This document shows, piece after piece, positions 8,878-18,921 of a DNA stretch of 64,000 nucleotides. The DNA is from Balneolaceae bacterium. Its GTDB lineage: Bacteria; Bacteroidota; Rhodothermia; Balneolales; Balneolaceae. A model generated the notes under the pieces. It worked only from the letters and a program-made list of their open reading frames with translations, was not told the origin of the DNA and searched no databases. Numbering within the stretch: the first letter of the stretch is position 1; every line of letters starts with the position of its first letter. Made by a program: the position numbers and the translations under genes. Location: the NCBI GenBank assembly GCA_017643365.1, contig JAEPNO010000004.1:77085-141084 (forward strand). Direction: 5' to 3'.

Positions 8878-10452
8878 TTAGTGCTTAAAATGACGCTTGC
8901 CTGTGAAAATCATACACAGTCCAAGTTCGTTGGCTTTAGCAATTACTTCTTCGTCGCGGATGCTGCCACCGGGCTGAATTACAGCAGTTGCTCCAGCCGC
9001 AGCTGCCGCCTCAATTCCATCAGAAAACGGAAAAAATGCATCACTTGCAATTGCGGCTCCTTCAAGCGATAAGCCTTCTTTCTGAGCTTTTGCAACCGCA
9101 ATTTCGGAAGAATGAACGCGAGAAGTTTGTCCTGATCCAATGCCGAGGGTTCGGCCCTCTTTGGCATACACAATTGCATTCGATTTAACATGACGAACTA
9201 CATTCCATGCAAAAAGTAAGTCTTGCAGTTCATCGGTTGATGGCTCACGGTCGGTGACAACTTTAAAAGTAGCGTGATCAAATGGTTCGAGGTCGGCATC
9301 TTGTTTGAGAGCGCCGCCAAAAATTGAACGATAAGTAAACGATTCACTTTTCGACACATTTTTTTTGATGCGAATTAACCGACGGTTCTTTTTGGCAGTC
9401 AACAATTCGAGTGCATCTTCATTAAACGAAGGGGCAATGATAATTTCGGTGAAGATTTTGTCGATGGCTTCAGCGGTTGATAAATCCAACGCATTATTTA
9501 GCACAACTATGCCTCCAAAAGGAGAAACGGTATCAGTACTAAATGCTTTTTCGTAAGCCTCTTTTAATGTTGATGCTGTTCCAACACCACACGGGATGGT
9601 ATGTTTGATGATAGCACAACTTGGGAATGATGGATCAAAATCAGAAATAATATTTAAGGCGGCATCTACATCCAGATAGTTATTGTAGCTAAGCTGTTTG
9701 CCATGGAAGCAATCGATGATTTCATCCTGAGTGCCATAAACCGCTGCATTTTGATGCGGGTTTTCACCATATCGCAGAGGATGAGCTAATGGCTCTGATA
9801 CACTAAATTGTGTGGCCGGGTTTTCATTCACAAGTTCCGTAAAGTAATTTGATATGGCTACGTCGTAATCAGCAGTGTGAGTAAATGCAGCTTTTGCCAT
9901 TTTGAGGCGCAAGTTGTAACTGATTCCTTCTTCGTTGTTTAGCTCTTCAATAAAAGCGGAATATTGATCGGGTGAACTTAAAATACATACATGCGCAAAG
10001 TTTTTAGCCGCAGCTCGTATCATAGTGGGGCCACCAATGTCGATGAATTCGGTAGCAGTTGCCGGTGTAATATCCGGTTTGTTTACGGTTTCTTTAAAAG
10101 GATATAAGTTTACCACCACTAACTCGATAGGCTCGATTCCAAGTTCTGCCAACTCAACATTATCCGGTTCGTAACTGGTTCTAGCCAGCAATCCGCCATG
10201 AATGTGCGGATGCAATGTTTTTACTCGTCCATCTAAACACTCAGGGAAACCTGTTACTTCGGATGCATCCGTAACCGGGATTCCTTCTCTTTTAATAACA
10301 TTAGCAGTTCCACCGGTAGAAATAAGCTGCACACCTTGGTTATGCAATGCCTTTGCCAGCGGAATGATGTCTGTTTTATCAGATACAGAAAGCAAGGCTC
10401 GTTTGATGGTTAGAGGTGTTTCAGGTAACTGAGCTAGAGGTTTTAAAGCCAT
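8878..10452 (-). CDS. purH: Bifunctional AICAR transformylase / IMP cyclohydrolase
   Basis: 524 aa. Contains RALLSVSDKT, LISTGGTA, VKTLHP.IHGG and a C-terminal ...FTGKRHFKH. Confidence 0.95.
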   Translation of the reverse strand: MALKPLAQLPETPLTIKRALLSVSDKTDIIPLAKALHNQGVQLISTGGTANVIKREGIPVTDASEVTGFPECLDGRVKTLHPHIHGGLLARTSYEPDNVELAELGIEPIELVVVNLYPFKETVNKPDITPATATEFIDIGGPTMIRAAAKNFAHVCILSSPDQYSAFIEELNNEEGISYNLRLKMAKAAFTHTADYDVAISNYFTELVNENPATQFSVSEPLAHPLRYGENPHQNAAVYGTQDEIIDCFHGKQLSYNNYLDVDAALNIISDFDPSFPSCAIIKHTIPCGVGTASTLKEAYEKAFSTDTVSPFGGIVVLNNALDLSTAEAIDKIFTEIIIAPSFNEDALELLTAKKNRRLIRIKKNVSKSESFTYRSIFGGALKQDADLEPFDHATFKVVTDREPSTDELQDLLFAWNVVRHVKSNAIVYAKEGRTLGIGSGQTSRVHSSEIAVAKAQKEGLSLEGAAIASDAFFPFSDGIEAAAAAGATAVIQPGGSIRDEEVIAKANELGLCMIFTGKRHFKH

Positions 10453-10454
10453 TG

Positions 10455-11042
10455 TTATTTGATGGTTTTTATGAAATCTGATATTACTTTTGGATACAAT
10501 TTATGCTCTAGAGCAAGCACTTTTTGGGCAAGACTTTCCGCAGTGTCATCAACGTTAACTTCAACTTTAGATTGCCCCAAAATAGGACCGTCGTCATATT
10601 CTTCGGTCACAACATGCACGGTACAACCACTTTCTTTTTCGTGCTGATCAACTACTGCCTGATGAACTTTTAACCCATAGAATCCTTTGCCGCCAAATCT
10701 GGGTAACAACGATGGATGAATGTTCAAGATTCGACCTTCGTATTCTCGAATAACTTCTGCAGGAATTTTTTTTAGATAACCTGCCAAAATGATTACATCA
10801 GTTTCAAAATTAGATAAAACATCAAGTAAGGAAGTTGCAAATTCACTCTCATTTTTTAATTGAGATGGCACTACAACTTGGAAAGGAATCTGATGCTTTT
10901 TTGCTCTATCAATAGCTTTAATGTTTTCCCGGTCGGTAATTAAGCCAGCGATAACGCCCGGTATTTGCCCGGTAATAGTTGCATCAATAATAGATTGAAA
11001 GTTTGAACCCGAACCTGAGGCAAAAACGACGATTTTCTTCAA
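10455..11042 (-). CDS. purN: Phosphoribosylglycinamide formyltransferase
   Basis: Contains VFASGSGSNFQSI and ILNIHPSLLP. It lies directly upstream of purH. Confidence 0.9.
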   Translation of the reverse strand: MKKIVVFASGSGSNFQSIIDATITGQIPGVIAGLITDRENIKAIDRAKKHQIPFQVVVPSQLKNESEFATSLLDVLSNFETDVIILAGYLKKIPAEVIREYEGRILNIHPSLLPRFGGKGFYGLKVHQAVVDQHEKESGCTVHVVTEEYDDGPILGQSKVEVNVDDTAESLAQKVLALEHKLYPKVISDFIKTIK

Positions 11043-11122
11043 AATGAGTTAGCAATGAGCGTTGTGGATGTGCGGGTGCAAAGATAGGAAGAAAAAAGGG
11101 GATGTTACACTCTTAATTGAAG

Positions 11123-12211
11123 CTAACTGCTATTAATAGCAGGCGGAGTATTCTGTATTCTAAATACCTGATAATTATTGAAACTCCACGAAATTTGATT
11201 CACGGTAATTTTAACTACGGTAGCAAGTGGAATTGCAATTAACATCCCTAAAATACCAGCAGTTTCAGCACCAATTAAAATGATAAATAAGATAGCAACC
11301 GGGTGCATATCGGCAGAGCGAGAAAACAGGAATGGCTGAAGCACTAAGTTATCCGTTAGCTGCACGATGAAAATCGCAATGATACACACCAAAACCAGCG
11401 AAAAGTCTCCAGTTTCAATTATAGAAACGATTATTGATAACACGTAACCAATTATCGGCCCGAAATAGGGAATCGTATTGGCAATCCCTACCGAAATCCC
11501 AACCGAAAGAGAGTTTTCTAAACCGGCTACACTTAGGGTTGTCCAGGATAGAAAGGCAACAATAAAACTTTGAGCCAATACACTTCTGAAATACAAGCCA
11601 AGTCGCTTTTCGATTTTATCGATCAGAGTTAATGTGGTTTCAAAATACTTATTAGGTACAAGTTGAAGTAAATCTCTGCGAATTTTGCTTCCGTCCTTTA
11701 GAAAGAAAAATGCCGCAAAAGGAACAACTAGTACTGCTGAAAAAATGTTAGTGAATAAGCCAACAGCATCGCCTAATACCGTTGAAAGTTTGCCTAAATC
11801 GAACAGTTCGGCTGCAATTTGAGTGACATTTTCTTCAAGAAAACCGGGAGGGATAAAACTAAAATCTTCGGTTAATTTTGCTTCAACATCGGAGGCAATT
11901 TGCTCAATTCGATCGATGGTTAAATTTTCGGTTAATTCAATCATTTCGCCAACAAACAATGGGAATACATTTGTTGAAATAAATACCAGTAGAAGGATTA
12001 CAGCCGACAAAGTTAAGGTTATTCCAAACGTACGGTTCATGCCCATGCGCTGCAATCGATTCACAAATGGATCAAGAATGTAACTTAGAATCATTGCAAG
12101 CACTACGTAAGCAACTAAGGTGCTGTAATTGTATAATATCAAACCCAAAACACCCATGGCGGTAACGCCAATGCCGAAACGGACTATTTTTTCGAGTGTG
12201 ATATTTCTCAT
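11123..12211 (-). CDS. AI-2E family (PerM/UPF0118) transporter
   Basis: 362-aa polytopic membrane protein with the architecture typical of this family. Confidence 0.75.
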   Translation of the reverse strand: MRNITLEKIVRFGIGVTAMGVLGLILYNYSTLVAYVVLAMILSYILDPFVNRLQRMGMNRTFGITLTLSAVILLLVFISTNVFPLFVGEMIELTENLTIDRIEQIASDVEAKLTEDFSFIPPGFLEENVTQIAAELFDLGKLSTVLGDAVGLFTNIFSAVLVVPFAAFFFLKDGSKIRRDLLQLVPNKYFETTLTLIDKIEKRLGLYFRSVLAQSFIVAFLSWTTLSVAGLENSLSVGISVGIANTIPYFGPIIGYVLSIIVSIIETGDFSLVLVCIIAIFIVQLTDNLVLQPFLFSRSADMHPVAILFIILIGAETAGILGMLIAIPLATVVKITVNQISWSFNNYQVFRIQNTPPAINSS

Positions 12212-12900
12212 GATTCTATTTTTTTTAACAGTGATGGGAGCTCTTTCATCACCAGCGCTGAATCGTAGCCTTTTCTAATCAAAAAATCGAATAATTTCTT
12301 TCTTCTTTTTGTCTTTTCTGTTCGCAAGAATCTAGGCTTAGCTTTTTGAACAAGATATTCCATTTTTTGCGATATCTCTTCTTCTGATAACGTTTCTAAA
12401 GCTTGCTCAATATCATTTGTCTTTATGCCCTTTCGAAGAAGCTCCATTTTTATTTTTTGCTTCCCCCAGTGATTAAAATGGAATTTGTCGTGGGCAAATT
12501 TTTGAGCAAACACATCGTTTCGGATGTACTTTTTTTCTTCCAATTCGTCGAGTATTCCATCTATTTCAGAATTCAAATACCCCTTTTTTATGGCTTTTTG
12601 AACTAATTCCTGCCTTGAGTGATCTCGACGGGCTAATAATCGAATAAAGTAATCCTTAATTTTCCATTGATCTTCGAATGACTCAATTTCTTGTATTACT
12701 GCATGTGTAATTTCTTTTCCAACGTGTAGATCAAAGTGGGTTAGAGTTTGATCAGAAACTCCTACAAGAAAAATATTCTCAACAAATACTGTGAATCTAT
12801 ACGAATTCTTCTTTTGTACCTCAATTTTGCTAATCAGTGCACATTCCTTGCCCAATGATTCAAATATTTTAATGGTATCCCGTTTAGTATTTGGTTTCAT
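12208..12900 (-). CDS. recX: RecX-family regulatory protein
   Basis: 230 aa of basic helical repeats (RRDHSRQELVQKAIKKGY..., KQKIKMELLRKGI...IEQAL). Its stop overlaps the AI-2E transporter start by 4 nt. Confidence 0.7.
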   Translation of the reverse strand: MKPNTKRDTIKIFESLGKECALISKIEVQKKNSYRFTVFVENIFLVGVSDQTLTHFDLHVGKEITHAVIQEIESFEDQWKIKDYFIRLLARRDHSRQELVQKAIKKGYLNSEIDGILDELEEKKYIRNDVFAQKFAHDKFHFNHWGKQKIKMELLRKGIKTNDIEQALETLSEEEISQKMEYLVQKAKPRFLRTEKTKRRKKLFDFLIRKGYDSALVMKELPSLLKKIES

Positions 12901-12923
12901 TTATGTAAATAATAAAAAAAAGG

Positions 12924-14078
12924 ATGGACATGGAAATTTCTCAGCAAATTTACAAAGATGAATCGGGATGGACATCAACTAAATCAACAAAAAACTTTGA
13001 GCCAGAGGAGTGCAATTTAGTTCTGGCTTTCGGGTCAAAATCAAAACTTGGGGCTGAAATAGCATTACAAGAATTAAGAACACAATTCCCAAACGCACAA
13101 TTAATGAGTTGTAGCACCGCCGGCGAAATTTCAGGATTAACAGTGAATGATGAGACCATTGTTGCCACCGCTATATCATTTCAAAAAACTAAAATCCGAA
13201 CTGAGCTTGTTAATTTTGAGGATTACGGAAATAGTGAAACAGTTGGTAAAGAAATTGCCCAAAAACTATATACCGATAATCTAAAACACGTCTTGATAAT
13301 TTCGGATGGCCAACTTGTGAATGGCTCTGAACTTGTAAAAGGAACGAATTCTGTGTTGCCAATCGAAATACCGGTAACCGGTGGATTAGCCGGTGACGGC
13401 ACCGAATTTGAAGGCACCTTGGTTGGTCTAAACGAAAATATTAAGCACGGCAACATAGTGGGAATCGGTTTTTATGGCGATGACTTAAAAGTTGGTTTTG
13501 GCTCACATGGTGGATGGGATGAGTTTGGTCCACATCGTAAGGTAACTAAGTCGAAAGGAAATATACTTTACGAGGTTGATGATCAAAACGCACTCGAATT
13601 ATATAAAAAATACCTTGGCCCAAAAGCCGAAGAACTACCGGGTTCAGCGTTGTTATTCCCACTTAGTATGCGTGTAACAGAAGATTCACCTTCTTTGGTT
13701 AGAACGATACTCTCGGTTGATGAAGTTGATCAGTCTATGACTTTCGCAGGCGATATTCCCGAAGGTGCAACCGTACGATTTATGAAATCGAATTTTGATC
13801 GGTTGATTGATGGTGCTTCGAAAGCCGCCAGCGATGGTTATTATTTTAAGGATCAGCCAATAAATCCGGAATTAGTCTTATTAATCAGTTGCGTTGGCCG
13901 AAAAATTGTACTTGATCAACGTATTGAAGAAGAAATTGAAGCTGTTGAAGAAATTTTTGGCGATCAGGCATTTTATTGTGGATTTTACTCATACGGTGAA
14001 CTCGCGCCAAGTTCGACCGGAGCAACTTGTGATCTGCACAATCAAACGATGACGCTGACTACATATTCAGAAAACTAA
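12924..14078 (+). CDS. FIST (N+C) domain signal-transduction protein
   Basis: 384 aa with ...VTGGLAGDG..., LLISCVGRK and FYSYGELAP, a pattern typical of FIST_N/FIST_C. It ends 5 nt upstream of the histidine kinase. Confidence 0.75.
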   Translation: MDMEISQQIYKDESGWTSTKSTKNFEPEECNLVLAFGSKSKLGAEIALQELRTQFPNAQLMSCSTAGEISGLTVNDETIVATAISFQKTKIRTELVNFEDYGNSETVGKEIAQKLYTDNLKHVLIISDGQLVNGSELVKGTNSVLPIEIPVTGGLAGDGTEFEGTLVGLNENIKHGNIVGIGFYGDDLKVGFGSHGGWDEFGPHRKVTKSKGNILYEVDDQNALELYKKYLGPKAEELPGSALLFPLSMRVTEDSPSLVRTILSVDEVDQSMTFAGDIPEGATVRFMKSNFDRLIDGASKAASDGYYFKDQPINPELVLLISCVGRKIVLDQRIEEEIEAVEEIFGDQAFYCGFYSYGELAPSSTGATCDLHNQTMTLTTYSEN

Positions 14079-14083
14079 TTCGA

Positions 14084-15982
14084 TTGAAGAACACTGATTC
14101 TATTAATAATAAGCTGCTCAAAAGGCAGATTCGGAAATATCTGGGTTCCATCAACGACGTCCCTGAAGAGATAATGCCCCTCCTCAAGGCGATTGATCAA
14201 TCCTACGGCCATTATGATAGTGATCGTGAATTGCTTGAAAGAGCTATGGATTTAAGCTCCGAAGAACTGTCGATAACAAACAATCGGTTAAGAGAAGAAC
14301 TTCAAATTCAAACACAAGTAGTTGAAAAGCTTAAAAATAATTTAAGCAAAATTCAGATTCACGATGCCGACTGGGACTCGAACGATTTATTCAAAGTAGC
14401 AGAGTTCATCTCTCTTGAAATTGATAAGAGAAAAGAAGCCGAAAAAGCACTTAGATATAGTAGACAGGCGTATAAAACACTGGTTGAAACAGCTCCTGAT
14501 ATAATATATCGCGTGAATGCAGAAGGATTCTTCACCTATGTAAACCCAATCGGTTTTCAACTTTCCGGATTTTCTGAGGATGAAGTTTATAATATGAGAT
14601 ACATCGATGTTGTTCGCGATGACTATAAAAAACGAGTGGGTGCATTCTATATTAAGCAGGTAAGAGACAGAAATGAATCAACCTATCTCGAATTTCCGCT
14701 GCATAATATTAATGACCAAGAATTATGGGTTGGGCAAAAAGTTCAACTAATTTATAAGGATGGAGAATACGATGGCATATTAGCCATTGCACGTGATATC
14801 ACTGAAGTACGACGTATTCGGGAAGATCTCAAGAAAGCGAAAGTTGAAGCAGAAGCTTCTTCGAAGGCAAAAGAAGCCTTTTTAGCAAATATGAGTCACG
14901 AAATTCGAACTCCAATGAATGCAATAATTGGGATGTCGCGACTTCTAAGGCAAACCAAGATTAATAGCGAGCAGGCAAAATATCTGAATGCTATTTCCAC
15001 TTCGTCATCGAATCTGATTGTATTGATAAACGATATTCTAGATTTATCAAAAATAGAGTCAGGTAAGTTGGAGTTAGAACAGCTTGGGTTTAGCCTAAGA
15101 GATATGTTAGATAGTTTATTCTATGCTCAAAAACTGCTAGCTGATCAAAAGGGCGTTGATTTCCACTACACTGTAGATTCAAATATCCCAAATGCTTTAT
15201 ACGGTGACCCGTACAGACTTAATCAGGTTTTAACCAACTTAATCAACAATGCAATTAAATTTACGCCAGAGGGTAGGGTTGAGTTGAGTGTAAAACTCAC
15301 AAAGTCGCTAAATAATAAGTTTATAATCGAATTTAGTGTAAAAGATACCGGAATAGGAATATCACGAGAGAATCTAAAATCAATATTTGATGCTTTTTCA
15401 CAAGCGGATACCAGTATAACCAGAAAATTTGGAGGAACAGGTCTGGGACTTGCTATTACTCGCCATCTTGTATCAATGATGAAAGGAGAAATAGATGTAC
15501 AAAGTACTGCTGGTGTTGGAACCGAGTTTAAAGTACGTGTACCTCTGCGAAAGGCTGAAAAAATTGAAGTTAAGGTTGAGGAAAAAATCGAAACCGATTT
15601 ATTAGATCTTCAAGGACTGAAACTTTTACTTGTTGAAGACAATCGCATCAATCGCCTTCTTGCATTTACTTTATTAGATAAATGGGGTGTTAGTTACGAT
15701 TGGTCGGAGAATGGTAAGGATGCTATTGAACAATTATCAAAAGAGAACTATGATATTATATTGATGGATATGCAAATGCCGGTAATGGATGGATTGGAAG
15801 CAACATCATACATTCGAAATAAGCTTCATTTGGATATCCCAATCATTGCGTTAACTGCCAATGCTTTTAAAGATGACGCAAAAAAGTGTATCGAGAGCGG
15901 CATGAATGATGTAATTACAAAGCCGTTTGAGCCATCAATTTTATACAATAAAATCCTCAAGCAAATCTATCAAAAGATATAA
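14084..15982 (+). CDS. Cytoplasmic PAS-containing hybrid sensor histidine kinase / response regulator
   Basis: H-box SHEIRTPMNAIIG, N-box NLINNAIKFT, G-box GTGLGLAI, and a C-terminal REC domain (LLVEDN...ILMDMQMPVMDG). It uses a TTG start and has no TM segment. Confidence 0.9.
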   Translation: MKNTDSINNKLLKRQIRKYLGSINDVPEEIMPLLKAIDQSYGHYDSDRELLERAMDLSSEELSITNNRLREELQIQTQVVEKLKNNLSKIQIHDADWDSNDLFKVAEFISLEIDKRKEAEKALRYSRQAYKTLVETAPDIIYRVNAEGFFTYVNPIGFQLSGFSEDEVYNMRYIDVVRDDYKKRVGAFYIKQVRDRNESTYLEFPLHNINDQELWVGQKVQLIYKDGEYDGILAIARDITEVRRIREDLKKAKVEAEASSKAKEAFLANMSHEIRTPMNAIIGMSRLLRQTKINSEQAKYLNAISTSSSNLIVLINDILDLSKIESGKLELEQLGFSLRDMLDSLFYAQKLLADQKGVDFHYTVDSNIPNALYGDPYRLNQVLTNLINNAIKFTPEGRVELSVKLTKSLNNKFIIEFSVKDTGIGISRENLKSIFDAFSQADTSITRKFGGTGLGLAITRHLVSMMKGEIDVQSTAGVGTEFKVRVPLRKAEKIEVKVEEKIETDLLDLQGLKLLLVEDNRINRLLAFTLLDKWGVSYDWSENGKDAIEQLSKENYDIILMDMQMPVMDGLEATSYIRNKLHLDIPIIALTANAFKDDAKKCIESGMNDVITKPFEPSILYNKILKQIYQKI

Positions 15983-15984
15983 AA

Positions 15985-16019
15985 AAAGGCGTTTTAACTT
16001 TTGCTAAACGCCTTTTAAT
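15985..16019. terminator. Bidirectional rho-independent terminator between the kinase and recA
   Basis: A 10-bp stem (AAAGGCGTTT at 15985-15994 pairing with AAACGCCTTT at 16006-16015) is flanked by an A-run upstream and a T-run downstream. Confidence 0.65.
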
Positions 16020-16040
16020 TAAGATCTAAGTATACTGTAT

Positions 16041-17078
16041 TTACACTTCTACAGTTGCTGCCGATTCAGAAACTAGTTCTTCATCTTCAATGCCATTCAA
16101 TTTTTTGCGAACGGCTTTCTCTATATTATCGCATAATTCAGGATCTTCTTCCAAGAATTGCATCGCTGCATCAGCGCCTTGGCCTATTGGCTCGCCATTA
16201 TAACGGAACCAGCTTCCTCTTTTTTGGATGATGTCGAATTCGACAGACAAATCCAGAATTTCAGAGATCTTTGAAATCCCTTTGCCATACATAATGTTGA
16301 ATTCCACCACTTTAAAGGGAGGAGCCACTTTGTTTTTAGCTACTTTTACTTTGGTGCGGTTACCGATTACTTCGTCACCTTTTTTGATGGCGCCAATTCT
16401 ACGGATATCTAATCGAACCGAAGAGTAAAATTTAAGTGCACGTCCACCAGTAGTTGTTTCAGGATTACCAAACATCACTCCAATCTTTTCACGTACCTGG
16501 TTGATAAAAACACAAGAAGTAGCAGTTTTGTTTACGATACCGGTAATTTTTCTTAGTGCCTGCGACATCAATCGAGCCTGTAAACCCATATGAGAATCGC
16601 CCATTTCACCTTCAAGCTCAGCGCGTGGTACCAAGGCAGCAACTGAATCCACAACAATTACATCCAACGCCCCGGAACGGATTAATGTCTCAGTAATTTC
16701 AAGAGCTTGCTCACCGCTATCTGGTTGCGAAACCAGCAATTCTTCGGTGTTGATGCCGAGTGCACGTGCATATCGAGGATCGAAAGCGTGCTCCGCATCA
16801 ATAAAGGCAGCATAGCCACCATTTTTCTGTGCCTGGGCAATTACTTGTAGCGCCAAGGTTGTTTTACCGGAAGCTTCAGGACCGTAAATTTCTGTGATTC
16901 TTCCTCTTGGAACGCCTTGTACGCCCAGCGCGTAATCAACCATAATAGATCCGGTTGAAATTACATCAACATCTTGCGAAGCGCTATCCCCCAATTTCAT
17001 GATAGTTCCCTTGCCATGTTGTTTTTCAATTTGCCCTACGGCAATGTCGAGTGCTTTAAGTTTGTTTTCGTTAGCCAT
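16041..17078 (-). CDS. recA: Recombinase RecA
   Basis: Walker [13 protein letters not shown], plus IDAEHA and VVDSVAAL. 345 aa. Confidence 0.97.
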   Translation of the reverse strand: MANENKLKALDIAVGQIEKQHGKGTIMKLGDSASQDVDVISTGSIMVDYALGVQGVPRGRITEIYGPEASGKTTLALQVIAQAQKNGGYAAFIDAEHAFDPRYARALGINTEELLVSQPDSGEQALEITETLIRSGALDVIVVDSVAALVPRAELEGEMGDSHMGLQARLMSQALRKITGIVNKTATSCVFINQVREKIGVMFGNPETTTGGRALKFYSSVRLDIRRIGAIKKGDEVIGNRTKVKVAKNKVAPPFKVVEFNIMYGKGISKISEILDLSVEFDIIQKRGSWFRYNGEPIGQGADAAMQFLEEDPELCDNIEKAVRKKLNGIEDEELVSESAATVEV

Positions 17079-17103
17079 ATTTTTGTGCTTTATTGATTTT
17101 TCT

Positions 17104-17111
17104 CAAATATA
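17104..17111 (-). promoter_or_regulatory. Candidate Bacteroidota-type -7 promoter element (TAnnTTTG) for recA
   Basis: The minus strand reads TATATTTG about 26-33 nt upstream of the recA ATG. This matches the sigma-A -7 consensus described for Bacteroidetes. Confidence 0.3.
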
Positions 17112-17145
17112 GTGGGGGAGGGTGTCAGTTCTTGTCACATCAGGA

Positions 17146-17163
17146 CACATATAAATATATGTG
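17146..17163. promoter_or_regulatory. Perfect palindrome upstream of recA (candidate operator)
   Basis: CACATATA-AA-TATATGTG has 8-bp arms and lies 68-85 nt upstream of the recA start. Confidence 0.25.
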
Positions 17164-17243
17164 CAAATTATGTGAGGTGCAATATTAAATTCCAAATTTC
17201 AATTATCAAAATTCAAACAATATTGAATCAATAATTAATCAAG

Positions 17244-17591
17244 CTAGGTACTTTTAACTAATATTGAACTGAATATTTTTAGTAATTGAGTGGCCTCATC
17301 AATTAATGCAAGCCTCTCATTATTAAGTTCTAAACTTGAATTATCATCAATCAGATTTAGCCAATATCGACTTTCCTTGGCTTCCTTTCGAGCAATTTTG
17401 ATTCGAAAGGCAAAATCTTTTTTACTAACCGCTTCATTTGCTTCAATATAGTTTGCTCCAACAGAGCCAGATGAGCGGATTAATTGTTTGGTATCTTCTA
17501 TTGTGATGACATTTTTTGGAGTTTGTTTAACAAAATTTCTTACACGCTTTGCAAAATCAAGCGTTCTTTCTTCAAGATTATAGATTGCCAT
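17244..17591 (-). CDS. Four-helix-bundle protein (23S rRNA intervening-sequence protein / Avd-like family)
   Basis: 115 aa with ...SSGSVGANYIEANEAVSKKDFAFRIKIARKEAKESRYWL..., the characteristic family signature. Confidence 0.8.
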   Translation of the reverse strand: MAIYNLEERTLDFAKRVRNFVKQTPKNVITIEDTKQLIRSSGSVGANYIEANEAVSKKDFAFRIKIARKEAKESRYWLNLIDDNSSLELNNERLALIDEATQLLKIFSSILVKST

Positions 17592-17657
17592 TTGTTTGAG
17601 ATTTGTCGTTTTGATCTTTGTTGTTTATTGAAGTCAGATCAATCTCAAACCCATTCC

Positions 17658-18845
17658 TTACAAAATTTTCTCTACCGATACTTTTAACTCACCCATCATT
17701 TCTTCGATTTGCGAAGTAGTTGTGTACGGTGCGGGGCCTAAACGAAGGATTTCATTTCGAGCGTCGGTGTAGATATTCCGTTGCATCAAATCTGCTTTGA
17801 TTTCTCTTGCTTTTGGAGATGTTAGTGACAAAAACCCACCATTTCTGGAGAGAGCTTCGTTGTGGGTTAATTTGATCTTATTTGGATCAAAATCTTGCTG
17901 CAAGAATAAGCTTCTCAGTATTCCAACTTGCGCTTCATATTGTGCACGCAGGATATCCGGTGTGAGGCCTTGATCATTAAAAAAATCAACAACTTTAGCC
18001 GCTCTAAATTGTGATGAAGGATCGTAGGTAGCACTTGCAAAACGTTGATCGGAATGGTCGTAGTTAACAGGTGCATCGGTGCGAGGATGTTCCAACGTAC
18101 TGAAAGAGGCAAACCAGCCTGTAATTGCAGGTCGGTATTCACAATCTTTAGGGAAACGTAAGAAACAGTTAGCTTCACCCCATTGTAGATATTTATAGCC
18201 TCCGATCAGTATAAAACAATCTTCCAAATCTGCTTCGCGCAGCGAAAGAGGAACAACATTAGTGCCATGGTAATCATCGATAATTACAGGAATGCCTTGA
18301 ACACGTGCCGCCGCAGCAATTTCTGATAAATGACTGTTAATCAGACTTGTTTCGAAATACACTCTTGATAGCATGATTGCAGACGTCCGGATATCAATCT
18401 CTTCGATGATACGAGTTGCAAAGTTTTCATCCGGATTAACCGGAACTCGTGCTACTTCGAGTCCGTCTTCTTCTAGGCGTTTGAGTTGCCGATGCATTGA
18501 GTGAAATTCGCCATCCGTGGTAATGATTTTCGGTTTATTCTTTAAGTCGAAACTACTCATCAGGCTTACCATCAGAAAGTGAGTACTTTCTTCCCGGCAA
18601 TAGAATCCATCGGGATCGTCGTAATACTCTCTCAAATAATTTCTGAGAACTTCCGTCTTTTCCATGGCAATGTCCCACTTTCTATCTACTTCGCGGGCGC
18701 AGATGTCGAAATATTCAACTTGACCTTCTCGTGCAACATCGGGCCAGGCTTGATGCGAATGCCCCGTAAATAAAAGTCGGTTTGCTACATCAAAATGTGA
18801 ATAATGTGGTTGGAGGCGTTTCGCAAGCTGGTCGATTTCAGACAT
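17658..18845 (-). CDS. kynU: Kynureninase-like PLP-dependent enzyme (aminotransferase class V fold)
   Basis: GGYKYLQWG (PLP-lysine region), ITGWFA and ILRLGPAPYTTT align by eye with kynureninase motifs. It is adjacent to tryptophan 2,3-dioxygenase. Confidence 0.7.
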   Translation of the reverse strand: MSEIDQLAKRLQPHYSHFDVANRLLFTGHSHQAWPDVAREGQVEYFDICAREVDRKWDIAMEKTEVLRNYLREYYDDPDGFYCREESTHFLMVSLMSSFDLKNKPKIITTDGEFHSMHRQLKRLEEDGLEVARVPVNPDENFATRIIEEIDIRTSAIMLSRVYFETSLINSHLSEIAAAARVQGIPVIIDDYHGTNVVPLSLREADLEDCFILIGGYKYLQWGEANCFLRFPKDCEYRPAITGWFASFSTLEHPRTDAPVNYDHSDQRFASATYDPSSQFRAAKVVDFFNDQGLTPDILRAQYEAQVGILRSLFLQQDFDPNKIKLTHNEALSRNGGFLSLTSPKAREIKADLMQRNIYTDARNEILRLGPAPYTTTSQIEEMMGELKVSVEKIL

Positions 18846-18921
18846 AAATAATGAAGGTTAAAACTTATTTCTAGGCTAATACTTTTCGTTGAATGAAAGT
18901 TCGGATGATAGGAATTCTATG

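Noticed and set aside
17244-17591. The Avd-like four-helix-bundle gene as a marker of a diversity-generating retroelement.
   Set aside because: No reverse transcriptase gene and no template/variable repeat pair is visible anywhere in the window.
17594-17650. A long imperfect hairpin (GTTTGAGATT...AATCTCAAAC) downstream of kynU as a rho-independent terminator.
   Set aside because: There is no U-run on either strand after the stem, and the loop is long and bulged. It may still be structural, but I cannot support a terminator call.
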